Source: Lama guanicoe
Lineage: Eukaryota
DNA length: 64,000 bases
Reading direction: 5' to 3'
Assembly (NCBI GenBank): GCA_013239625.1
Contig: MU053557.1
Span: 2,572,123-2,636,122, forward strand
A program made the position numbers and the translations under genes. A model generated the notes under the pieces. That model searched no databases, had not been told where the DNA came from, and saw only the letters and a list, made by a program, of their open reading frames with translations. Shown here piece after piece: positions 1 through 11,640 of this stretch. Every line of letters begins with the position of its first letter. Position 1 is the stretch's first letter.

Positions 1-1379
1 TTTTACACTGTTATTCACTATGACCCTGGAATCTTTTCTGCACATTCACTTTGTCTTTCCACAGGCTACACGCGGATGGTTGAATGTTCTCTCCATGTGC
101 GTTAGCACCATGTTCTGTCCTTTTAGAACTCTCTAGCCAGCCTGTTCCCCTCAGGTTTTCAAGGTTGCCATCTAGTCCCTGACTCATCCCCAAACTTTTC
201 TTTGCCCTCTGGTTTCCTGAAATGTGAGCCTACACAGTGGTGGGGAGCAGGAGGGAGGGAGCAGGGGTGGAGCTTCAAGTCTTTGAGGTTGACTCATAGG
301 ATTATAAACTCCATTAATTGTTTTCTTCTTCCAGAAGGGAGAAATATGAATTATTTTCTCAAACAGGCAAAGCAGAGGACCTCTTTCAAAACCATAAAGC
401 TCTGAGGCTAACCATGAAAAGGAAGGGAAAACTAATCACACAGAGGGAAGAGGACAAATAACCATTTCATTTAAAATCACTGTAGTTGAATATCAAATCA
501 CCCCACCCAACTTCCACCTAATTCACATTCTGTTGAGAACTTATTTTGCCTCTACTCTAGGAATAATTATCTACTGAATCGCAACACATAGGCATTAACC
601 TGTGTATTCAACTATATATGCTCAGCGTAAGTCAGAAAAAAAAAAGGAAACATATTAAAATAGTGCTGACTATTGCAACCACATCCCAGTCAGTGGTTCC
701 AGGCACCCAAGTAAGTATGAGATGTGGGTAGTGGACCTGCTCTTTCTTCAGACAGATCACCTGTGCGGATCTTATCTCCTAGCACTTTGATGTGTTAAAT
801 GAGCTGCTAAGGCTTAAAGAAGCCTATTTTTCATGAATGGCCTTTCATGTTTTTGGCACAGCATTATATTGTACACTATTCCTTATATTATGCATATTTA
901 TACATACATATTATTTTGCACAGAGTTTATAAAAACTATGTACACTAGATCATATGGATGATTTAAGAGATTTTTCTAAGATATTTTTACAAGTGACATT
1001 GGAATCTAGCCTCTGTAAAATCGCCCACCTTACTAACTCTTTTTCAAATACCTCCTGTTTCCCATATGCCACTGACTCCTTCAAACGTCACAAAGAATCC
1101 CACATGGTTTTATCGATCTTCTACAGGTAATTAAAGAACTGAGGCTCAGAGGTTAAATGCCATAGTGAGTCATGAGGTCATTCAGTTAGGGGCAGCAGAG
1201 GCAGGATTCAAACACAATTGAATTCACGGACCATAACTTTTTCTACCACATCAGAGAATCTAAAATCTTGATACTTTTAAGACTCTTTATTGGATTATCC
1301 TCCTGGGATCTTCTATCTTCCTTTGTCAAGATCTACTTAGTAAGACAGTCTAATACTTGAAAGAGTTAATATAACTATT

Positions 1380-1745
1380 TCCAACAGTACTTCCTGAACA
1401 CTTACTAGATTCAAGGTGCTATACTGGTATGGAATCATCTTTTCCCAAAAGCAGCTCACTAATCGAGAGGACAAAGCAAAGAGCCAAATAATATAAGAAA
1501 CTCATCAAATAATTTGTAGGCAGGGGTCAATAGTAGGGCCTTGTAAGTCATGATAAGGACTTTGGAATTCATTCTAAATGGTAAGGGGAAACCATCTGAG
1601 GCTCTTAACAGGGTAGTGAATAATCTAATTTACAATTTTAAAGTATTATACTAAGTGCTAGTGGTTATCAGATTGTTGAAGGTGGTGGGGAGAGTGAGCG
1701 AATGTAGGAAGAACAGCTGGGAGGCTTTTTATGTGGAAGTGATGA
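1380..1745 (-). mobile_element. L2 LINE fragment (degenerate)
   Basis: L2-like motifs such as gggccttgtaagtcatgataaggactttggaattcattctaaatgg. Boundaries approximate. Confidence 0.6.
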
Positions 1746-2218
1746 CAAGCTAGCAGAACTCAGGAGGGAAATGAAAGAGAAAATAAAACAACTATAGTGA
1801 CACAAGCTGCTTTGAAGCAACAACAGTAAAACGTAAAGAAAATCTTGAAAACATACCTATCAGCATGTTTATAAGCTTGAGGAAATGACACAAAACAAAA
1901 TGAAAAAGTATTAAGATATAAAAATCAACAGAAATAAGATTATAGATACAGGAAAGAAAGAGGAGCCGATGTATGTGTCGGTCATGAAGAGACCAAAAGA
2001 AGTGACTGGGAAAAAAATACTTAAACTATATTTTTAAAAATTGCCTGAAACAAAGACTTAAATCCAAGATTGAACAGCTTGAAGGGTACACTATTTCAAC
2101 AAAAATTGATAGAGAATGGTTAATACCAAGGCATGCTCTGGTGAAGTTATTCCACTTCAAGTATAAAGATTTATGGGTTATGCAGATCTTTAAAAATGAG
2201 TCAAAAATAAGATGTAAA

Positions 2219-3088
2219 GACATACAGACAGCCAATAGGCACACAAAAAGATGCTCAGTATTGCTAAGTATCAGAGAAATGCACATCAAAACCACAGTGA
2301 GGTGGTTTCAAAAGTCCACAAACAATAAATGCTGGCGAGGCTGTGAAGAAAAGGGAACCCTCCTACACTGTTAGTGGGAATGTAATTTAGTGCAGCCACT
2401 GTGGAGAACAGTATGGAGATTCCTTAAAAAACTAAAAATAGAGTTACTATATGATCCACCAATCCCACTCCTGGGTATATATCTGGAGAAAACTCTAACT
2501 GGAAAAGATACATGCACCCCAGAGTTCATGGCAGCACTGTTTACAATAGTTAAGACAGGGAAGCAACCTAAATGTCCATTGAAAGATGACTGGATAAAGA
2601 AGTTGCAGTGTATACACACACACACACTCACACACACACACACACAGTGGAATATCATTCAGCCATAAAAAAGAATAAACTAATGCCATTTGCTGCAACA
2701 TGAATGGACCTGGAGATTATCATACTTAGTGAAGTAAGTCAGACAGGGAAAGACAAATATCATATATCACTTAATATATGGAATATAAAAAAAGACACAA
2801 ATGAACTTATTTACAAAACAGAAAGAAACTCATAGACACAGAAAACTTATAGTTACCAAAGGAGAAGGTAGGGGCGGAAATTAGGAGTTTGGGATTTGCA
2901 GATACACACTACTATGTACAAAACAGATAAACAACAAGGTTCCTACTGTAGAGCATAGGGAACTACACTTATTAGCTTGTAATAGCCTATAATGAAAAAG
3001 AATATGAAAAAAATGTGTAACTGAATCACTGTGGTATGCACCAGAAACTAATACAACATTGTAAATCAACTATATTTCAATTAAGAAA
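2219..3088 (+). mobile_element. 5'-truncated L1 (ORF2 C-terminus + 3'UTR + A tail) with 10-bp TSD
   Basis: ORF 2390..2668 ([30 protein letters not shown]) is the L1 ORF2 C-terminus. AAGATGTAAA occurs at 2209-2218 and 3089-3098. Confidence 0.93.
2614..2646. repeat. (CA)n microsatellite inside the L1
   Basis: acacacacacactcacacacacacacaca, with one interruption. Confidence 0.9.
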
Positions 3089-4237
3089 AAGATGTAAAAT
3101 TAAGGCTGGTTTCAGACTTCTCTCTACAGTAAACTCCATGCCAGGAACATAACCAAACAGTGCCACAAAGTTATGACGATTCTGTATTCTTTCAGGCTGT
3201 GATTCAGCATGGAAGCAGCATTCTTAGGCGGGCAAAAACACAGGGAACACAGTATTATGAGCTTCTTCTAGAATGTAAGCTCCATGGTGGCAGGGGCTGC
3301 CTCCATATTGTTTCCCATTTTATCGCCAGCACGCAGGGCACAGAGCATTACCCACAGCAGATGCTCAACAAATGTTTGCTGATTGAATTAAAAATATTTT
3401 TTACATAAAGAAAATTGGTGACTTTCTCATTCAGAGATTCCTAAACTGGTTTTTCATTGGAAACATCTGAGATCTCTTAAGGAGGAATAGAAAATACAAT
3501 CGTCCAAATCTACACTTTGAGACTCAAACTCAGTTGGGCTTGGGTACCTTGATTTTTAAAAAGCTTCCCAGATAAGTGCAGGGAAATTAGACTAGTGCTT
3601 CTTCAATGTGTTTTACCTTATCTGTTTACCTATACTACTATTTACTTAATATTTTCTTTAAGTAAATCAGCTTTTTAGTTAACCACATTAATTTTGATAG
3701 GGAACTTTATGTCATGGCGATTTATGGAAAACCAGAAGAACGTTACAAAAATAAATACAATGAAAAAACTGTTCTTAAATTCTAGCTATATATGGTCACC
3801 TGGAAAGACTTAGAGCTTAAGGCCAGCTCTCAGTTTTAAAAAAAATCAAGACTTGTAAGTGTTATTTTATTAGAGGGGTTAAAACATGTTAATATCAAAG
3901 TGAGACCTTGGGCTTCATATAATCAGAATAATTTTTGAAAGAAATGAAGAGAAAAACTTCAGTTATACGATTCAGTATTACTTAAAGCTTTGTATTGTAC
4001 CAAGAGACACAGAGCCCAGACTCTGGGGAATGCAGTCATCTTTGAAGGTGACCACTGCAGTGCCTGGGACGTGTTAGGTGATTAGTAGATGCTGATCTCA
4101 CGTATTTATAGGTAGCCTACTTTGTGTCAAGCACAATCCTGGGTCTTGGGAGCAGGACAACAAACAAGAGTCTCTGTCCTTAGGTCACTCAATGTTATTT
4201 CGTGTGCCTTTTCAGTGTTATTTGTATAAACAAATAG

Positions 4238-4713
4238 CAGTAGTTCCCGCTTATCCATGGTTTCCCTTTCTGTGGTTTCAGTTACCTGCGGTCAACTACA
4301 GTCCAAACATACTAAATGGAAAATTCCAGAAATAAACAATCCGTAACTTTTAAATTGCACATTGTTCTGAGTAGCGTGATGAAATCTAGCTGGATGTGAA
4401 TCATCCCTTGGTCTAGCAAATCCTGCCCATTAGTCACTTAGTAGCCCTCCTGGTGATCAGATTAACTGTCAAGGTAGCACAGTGCTTGTATTCAAGTAAC
4501 CCTTGTTTTACTTAATAAAAGCCCCAAAGCACAAAAGTAGTGATACTAGCAATTCAGACATCTATTACTCTGCCTAATTCATAAATTAAACTTTATTGTA
4601 GGTATGTATGTATAGGAAAAAACAGTATATTTAGGGCTCAGTACTATGTGCGGTTTCAGCCATCCACTAGGGGTTCTTGGAATGCATCCTGTGCACATAA
4701 CGGGGGATCACTC
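4238..4713 (+). mobile_element. MER44/Tigger7-type TcMar non-autonomous DNA transposon
   Basis: Begins cagtagttcccgcttatccatggttt..ggtttcagttacc, ends cataacgggggatcactc followed by TA (degenerate TIRs). Internal aaatggaaaattccagaaataaacaat is typical of MER44. Confidence 0.8.
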
Positions 4714-6961
4714 TAGAGAGCTGGGGTCCCTGACTGGTCACTGACCACATCCCTCTCACCCACGTATATAGCTGCAGCTTCCAAACCTCCCAAAGTGTGG
4801 GACTGCGTCTTTTACATTTGTTTACTGTAATCATAACAGTACCTAATGCTTCCTGAGGGCTTGCTATATGCCTCCCAACAAGCATATGGCATGATTTATC
4901 TCATCTAATCCTCACAAGCACCCTATGAAACAGACAGTAAGTGATGGTTAACTTCACTCCTGAGATGAGAAAATCGAGGCACAGCTCTGACAGGAAGCCC
5001 TATGCATCCCGGTGAGCATAAAACTACCTACCTGAGTAGCTGAGATCCCTACTATGGCTTATCTTCTATTGTATTATCTGCTACTGCTATTTAAATGCCA
5101 TTTCCTTATCCTGGTGTGATCAGAAAAGGAGCACGTGACTCTAATGGTAGTCTCATTACCTTCTGGTTATGAGAGGGGAAAATGCAGAGAATCGAGGCAG
5201 GTGCAGATGGGTGCCATTTGAGAATTAAGTTAGACGATAAGCAAAACAAAGGGAGGGAATAAAGAGAAGACATCACTGGAGGTTAAGAGAAAAATAATGA
5301 GCTCTTTTCTAAACACAAAATGAGAATGTAAGTGGTAAAGAAGGAAGCCAGGCTGCTGGAGCTTGGCAAAGGTGTATTTATTGATTGACAAGTAAGAATG
5401 TGCCAAAAAAAGACATCAAGGAGGAAAATTATTTGCTGCAGTTTTCACAATCGGAGACGTCTACAGAGGCAAGACATGCAAATTTCCCAGGGAAAGAAGA
5501 TTACGAAGAAAGATTCTTGTTTTTAAGTCCTCAAAAGGCAAAACACAGATTTTTGTTTGTTTTTAAGGCACTGGATTTGATGCCGAACAAGGATCAAATG
5601 ATACAACTGGCCCTTTATACTGACAGATGCCTTAAACTGTCTGGAGTACAGGAAACTGGGACTAAATATTGCTGACTCTCATAATGACTAAGTCAGAGAA
5701 GACCAAGATTTGTTCACGGAATGGGCTCACTGGGTTTCTGTGAAAGGAGGAGAGTCTAGATTTGGAAGCAAAGGAATAGCTTCTCAACAAGGATACTCCT
5801 GGGGTGAGAGGAGGCCTTGAAAGGCACAGAAAGGGGAAGCAGTTTGTCCAGACATCACAGATGAAAGTTACATTACCCATCTCGACACGGGAAACCACTC
5901 GTAGAAACGGAGATGATTAAGGACAGCTAGGGAAAATGGAAACCATACTATGGTTCACCATATAAACAAAGGTGGAGAAAGAATGTCTCTTTCTGCATGT
6001 AGAAGCAGTACATGCAGCTTTCTCAGTTTCAAGTGTTCATTTAACTTTGTAACTTTTCAAGTCTTTGAAGGCGTCTGACTCAAGACTCTACCCAACTATT
6101 TATTCTTCCTTCACGAGAACTCTTTCGTTTAAAATGACATTCTATTCTAGACATATTTTTAGGTATGCAAATTTTTTTTGTCTTGAATTATAGAAAATGA
6201 GACAAACTCAGCTCTTGAGTTATGACACCAAATATAGGGACGCATTTTCATCTTTGAAGGTTGCAGATTTAGGCAAGCTAAGTTTACAGACTGTTTGGAA
6301 TTTCAATCTCTCAACATATATGGCCCTTGCAAAGGCTTCTGCTCATACATTTTTGTTTTCTTCCCCAGAAGGGACCAAGGCCAATAAAACTCATCTGCCT
6401 GAGTGATGGCTTTTTCCCTTCTGATAATCAGTAAAAATTATGCACCGGCACAGTGCTGTTATCAAACAGAAATAGAGAGAAATCTAATTCTACCTGATAA
6501 TTTGGCCTGGCCCATTGTTTTTTCAGAATCTATCTCACCACAGATGCTGGCAGAATGCTTTCTATAAAAAAAACAAGACCAATTAAGGGGAAAATTTCTG
6601 GAAAGCCAATTTTTGTGCTCAATGTTGTATTTGAATTTGCAAATGTTAAACTGGTTGATGATGGGCTTGTGCGAGAAGAGAAAAATAGATTTTTTTTTGC
6701 TTAGTGATCAGGACGAAGGAGAAAATACGAAGAGAACTTTTTTGGCTGTTGTTATTTAAGGAAAAGTGACCTACTTGGAAAGTTTTTCTTCATGGTAATG
6801 GAAAATAAAGACAAAAGATCTAACATCTGACAGTGGAGCCTCTGACCTAGGCAGAAAATTCTGTATTTGTAATGACTGACGGATAGAGGCTGAGGGAGAG
6901 AATCTAAATGAAGATTCACAACCAAAGTCTTGAGTCAACTCTTAACAACTTTCCAGGAAGC

Positions 6962-7069
6962 TTTTTTCCCCCTATTGAAGGATATTTGATTTACAATGTT
7001 GTGTTAGTTTCACAGACACAGAAAACAAACTTATGGTTACCAAAGGGGAAGAGGAGGGGGAGGGATAAA
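6962..7069 (-). mobile_element. Very short L1 insertion with 5' inversion
   Basis: 6962-7010 is the reverse complement of the L1 3' terminus (compare 3045-3082). 7011-7069 is a more upstream L1 3'UTR piece in plus orientation (compare 18241-18299). Confidence 0.8.
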
Positions 7070-8699
7070 CCAGACATTTTTTTCATGCCACCACCCCTGA
7101 GGCCACTCCCATTAGACCTGGCTGTGCCTTCTTCCCAGTGAAAGAGTTACTACTAAAGCACATAGCGTTTCTTAGCTCAGTGAGAATTTGTAAGTTCCCT
7201 GGCCTTTCAGAAACGGGCACGGTAAGTTGGGAACATACTTTACCCACAGAAATTCAAACAATGTTTTATTTTCCATTATCTCCTTATCTTTGCTTATAAA
7301 GTGTCATTAGGAATCTTGAATGGGATTTTCCTTTAGGCCAGAGATGTTAACATTCACTAGAGAATCTTAAATATGAGGATTGCTATGTCTTAGGCAAATA
7401 AACTCTGGCCATATGATCAGTTTAGAAGTCTCCTCCCTCTCACCTGCCCTCCTTGAACTGTATGCCTCTGTCCAAAAGCAGCAACTGGGGTCTGTTTACC
7501 TGTTATCTCCCTGCTCTGAGACTCCTGATACCCAACCAGGATCTAGTCACCTACTACTGAATGGTCAGTACCAGAAGCCAGATACTGCACTAGTACTAGT
7601 TTTCTGATAACAAGTCCTATGATGTAGGTACTTTATGCACGATAAAACTGATACTTGGAGAGCTTAAATAAAAGACCCAAAGCCTTACAAGCACAGAGCT
7701 GGGATTTGAATCCAGAGCTGTTATTCTAAAGTCTTTCAACCACTGCATTAGGCTCTCTCCCAAAATGGTTCCAAGAGTGGGCTTTCCTCCCTTATCAGAA
7801 AGTAAAAGGAGATAAGTCAGCCTCACATCTCTCCTGGCAAAGAGAACATTTTGCTCACACATTCTGAAGACACTGGCAATTATTTTGTTTTATTTTAAAG
7901 GATCCATGGGACGTGTTCCTTGAGCTCCCATATCTCTCCATGTACTGGCTTGACTCATACTTTAGGTTTGCTCACATAAAAGACACTGCATTTCTCTTCT
8001 AGGTCCTAGAGAATTTAACTGGCAGGCGACACATGATGGGCTGTGTCGTAATTTTGAAGATATGCTTCTCTTTAAAATACATGATGGTGGAAAAGAAGAA
8101 AGGCTCTTCCATTATTGGCAGCTGGAATATGTGGCCTGGACAAACCCATGGTCCCCTTTCTACATCCATGCCACTGACCAAAGCCCCTTTCAAAAGCTCT
8201 GAGAATAGACTTAACTCTATCTGTCCTGGAGAATGAACCAGCTCCCCTACAGTTTTGCTCACTCCATCTAGAGCAGCTCAGAGGAAGCACAGGACAGTGT
8301 TTCTTGAGGTTTGTGGCCCAAGTTAGTAGTCTGAGTTTACTCTGTGCTGGGGCTTCTCCACATGGAATCTTCCAGGTGTGCATGTTTTGCTAGTTACTTG
8401 GTATTTTATTGAACGTAAAATGCAGGGAAGATCTGAGCACCATCCAGTCAATTTAAACTTTTGAATCTTCATTGAGTATCTTCTGTCTTACTGTTCTTCA
8501 TTCTGTCTTTTTTTGGTTTTTATGCTGGGTTTTTTGCTGGTTGGTTGGTTTTTGCCTATAGAAATGCCCTGATACCTTGGACCACGGGATAGCAGGTTAG
8601 CCACAGTTGGCCCCTGGCTCTCAGAGATTTCTTCTTAGTGAATGGGAGAAAGGAAAATGGCAACAAAAACAATAAAATCGTCATGTAAATCTAATCAGA

Positions 8700-8970
8700 T
8701 GCTTTTAAGAATTTGACTAAAAGTGCTAGCTACACAGAAAACAACAAACAGAAACAACAAAAACAAGATAAACTGGACTTTCTTGAATAAAATACCTGTT
8801 CGTCAAAAAACACCATTGGAAACCACAGTGAGAGAGCAGTACACAAACACACACTTACTAGAATGGCAACAAATAAAAATAATACCGCCGTGCTGATGAG
8901 AATGTGGAACCGGGCAGAGCCCATGTACTGCGCGGTGGGAATGCAAAGTTGTCCAGTCACTTTAGAACAT
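8700..8970 (+). mobile_element. Old L1M ORF2 3' fragment
   Basis: gataaactggactt...aaaccacagtgaga...actagaatggc...gtgctgatgagaatgtggaa...ggtgggaatgcaaa are degenerate L1 ORF2 motifs. Confidence 0.65.
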
Positions 8971-9005
8971 CACGGGGTACTTGCTTGTAAAAGTTGGGCA
9001 CTTTA

Positions 9006-9090
9006 GAAAAATTGTGCTCTACACTGGAATTTGACACAACATTGTAAAATGACTATAACTCAATAAAAAATGTTCAAAAAAAAGAGAAAA
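9006..9090 (+). mobile_element. Short young L1 3' terminus with A tail
   Basis: tgtgctctacactggaatttgacacaacattgtaaaatgactataactcaataaaaaa resembles the L1 ends at 3030-3088 and 48455-48515. Confidence 0.8.
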
Positions 9091-9098
9091 GTAATGTT

Positions 9099-9223
9099 GG
9101 GGGCTGGATACAGCTCTGGGGTAGAGTGCATGCTTAGCATGCACGAGGTCCTGGGTTCAATCTGCAGCACCTCCATCAAAAAATATAATAATAATTAAAA
9201 ATCTAAAAAAAAAGAAAAAAAAA
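9099..9223 (+). mobile_element. tRNA-Ala-derived SINE (Vic-1-like, camelid)
   Basis: gggggctggatacagctctggggtagagtgcatgcttagcatgcacgaggtcctgggttcaatctgcagcacctcca plus A-rich tail. Has A/B boxes and an AGC anticodon-like loop. Confidence 0.85.
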
Positions 9224-9989
9224 GGTGGGCACTTTAATACCAATGATTACCATGGTGATGACACAAATAGGGAAATCTAGGACCACACGTAGAGCCAGCA
9301 CAGCACCAAACACGCCCCCCTCTGGAGTCTGGGAAAGCTTTGGTGCCTGCTATCGCTAAATCAGCGATAGGAGTCATTAGGAAACTCCAGAGAAACAAAT
9401 CGCCCCTTCCTGGAGCCAGTGGGCATTTGTCTCTGTCACTCCTCTGGGCACGGCGCTGTTCTCTCTGCATGGATAGCAGAGCAAATCCTGATTTGGAGCC
9501 AAGTGAGAGTTCTTTAATACAGTTCTGCACTGCTACGCAACCTCGGTCCCTTCTTTCTCTCTCTCTGGCCCAACTCTTGCATGGAAAATTGAGGTAATGA
9601 TTTATATGTCGTAAGCAGTTCTGACAGGTGCACTCCATCTTGGCTTCCTCCAGCCCCCGGACTAATTGGAAGCTTATCTTTTCCTTTGTGTAATAGGGAG
9701 CTGTCAGCTTCTATGACCCTCCAAACAATTCAATCACTCATGGGAGGATTCACCTTGGACGGAGGACGCCTCGATACTGGAGGAGCTCCAGGGAGGCCAT
9801 GCCCTGACATGTATCAAAACAGCGGCAGTCCAGGCCATGAGGGCAACACGGCCACGCTAACAAAATGCCATTGGCTTCTGAAATTAAAACTCATTATATC
9901 CGCCAGGAACTTCTGAGGTTATGCTAGCAGCTTTTTTTTACCTTGGTGTCTCTCCTGTCTTAGGTGCAGAACATTTACCTATTTGAACG

Positions 9990-10570
9990 AAGAAGAGCAG
10001 TTTCAAAAAATGACCAGTGCAGTGAAGAAAGGGTTTGCAATACTCTTGGGAGAAGGAGCAAATCCCCCAGTGAGGCCATAACCTGGCTGCCTTGTCACCT
10101 GCATCTTGCTGATACCATACATCCCCCTGTGCCCTGCATTCCAGCCATCCTGGCCTCCACTGCATCCCCTGTTCTCCTGTGCAACTTCCCACCTCAGGGC
10201 CTTTGTCTATGGCATTGCCTCTGCCTGGAAGGTTCGTCCCTCTCCTCGCCTTACCTACCTCCTGTTTCAGCTCCATTATTAAGCACTCAGAAAATTACTC
10301 TCTGCTCTTCCTGAATGTATCCAATTCCTCCATTATCTGCTCTCCTGCACACCTTACACCTCTCCAGTACAGCCCCCATCCCACTGTCAGTTTTACACTA
10401 GGGGCATTCGATTCACGGCCTTTCCACCAAAAGAGACTGAGGGCAGGAGGTCATGGGCAGGGACTGTGCCATGCAGATTCACTCCTGTCATTCTGGGGCC
10501 TATCACAGTGCCTGGTGTACAGTAGGTACTCAATCAATACTTGTGCAATTAGTGAAAAAATGAATAAGCA
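9990..10570 (+). mobile_element. L2 3' fragment
   Basis: cctcagggcctttg..attgcctctgcctggaa and terminal acagtgcctgg..agtaggtactcaatcaatacttgt..atgaata. Confidence 0.7.
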
Positions 10571-11399
10571 GGAGACCTAGGTGGTGCCTCTGTTCTTAAT
10601 TGATTTCACCATCAAGTACAGCAAACGCAGCTTTAATCAGGACTGGTGTGATAGTCATCCTGAGCTCATCTGCAGAGATGACTTTCCTACAGGAAGGAAT
10701 AAGGGGAACCAAGCATGGCTTTGTTTCATCATGTCTATGTCACTATCTAACCTCACAACTCCTGAACTCCCACACCCTGGTCTGCATCAATCATCTTAGA
10801 TCGCCCCACCTCGCCCCAGGATGCTTTTCTCAGATGCTCTCCGAATTTGGAAAGTGAATTAAAAAAAAAAATCAAACCTTCGGAAGTTTCTAAACATCTG
10901 TATGTTTGGAATCGAAAGAGCAGGGTAATTGGATGAAGTTTTCACCTTGTGTCTGGATGTTTTGGCATTAAACAGAAAATGTCCCTATTTAGCTCCAAGC
11001 TGCAGACCTCTCAGCTCCTGCAGATAATTAGAGGAAGTGAGATCACAGGGCAGAAAAGAAAATGTTGAGAGGGAGCTCAGGCAGTGTTCAATACACAACA
11101 GGAGTGACTGTACTGTCGTCAGGTCTGGGTTCACATGGTTGGTGCCGTTAATATTTTCAAATAAAAGCTCAGAACCAGCTGGTTCCTCCCTGGATTATAA
11201 GCCCCATGTAAGGGCAGCGATCACACTTAACTATATATGCGGAACCTTCTTATAAATGCAGATCACACAGATGATAGGGTACACACAATGAAACATGTGT
11301 GAGCAATGATGGTTTTTAGATTGGCTAAGGTGTTTCTGCTTCAAGAAGTCTCTGGCAGAAGGATAAAGCCCACGCTGGCTAAGACGGTGGAGAACAATT

Positions 11400-11640
11400 A
11401 CCACTGGGAGGCCAGAGTGGTAAAGAGGGGGGATCTACAGCCAGGCAGCCGGGGTTGAACTCTGATTCTGCCACTTGCTAGCAAACAACCTTGCACAAGC
11501 TACTTCCTCCACACAGAGCAGTTTCCTCACCTGTGAAATGGCTATAATAGATTTTTAGGTCATGGAGTTAAGGTGAAGATTAAACAAGGAAGTATGCAAA
11601 GTGCCTGGAACAGAATTAGGGACTAGGAAGCTCTGGTTAA
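11400..11640 (+). mobile_element. MIR SINE
   Basis: MIR core: ctgccacttgctagc..accttgcacaagctacttc..cagtttcctcacctgtgaaatgg..gattaaa. Confidence 0.7.

Larger units (their letters stand above)
1760..3180 (+). mobile_element. Ancient L1/HAL1 ORF1-like remnant, split by a younger L1 at 2219-3088
   Basis: Left part translates IPRHALVKLFHFKYKD, resembling the ORF1p motif TPRHIIVKL..KDKE. The part after 3099 gives RLVSDFS...LHAR, resembling IRLTADFS..TLQAR. Confidence 0.7.

Noticed and set aside
9311..9328. CTCF-like motif
   Set aside because: Mismatch at the highly conserved core A; not called alone.
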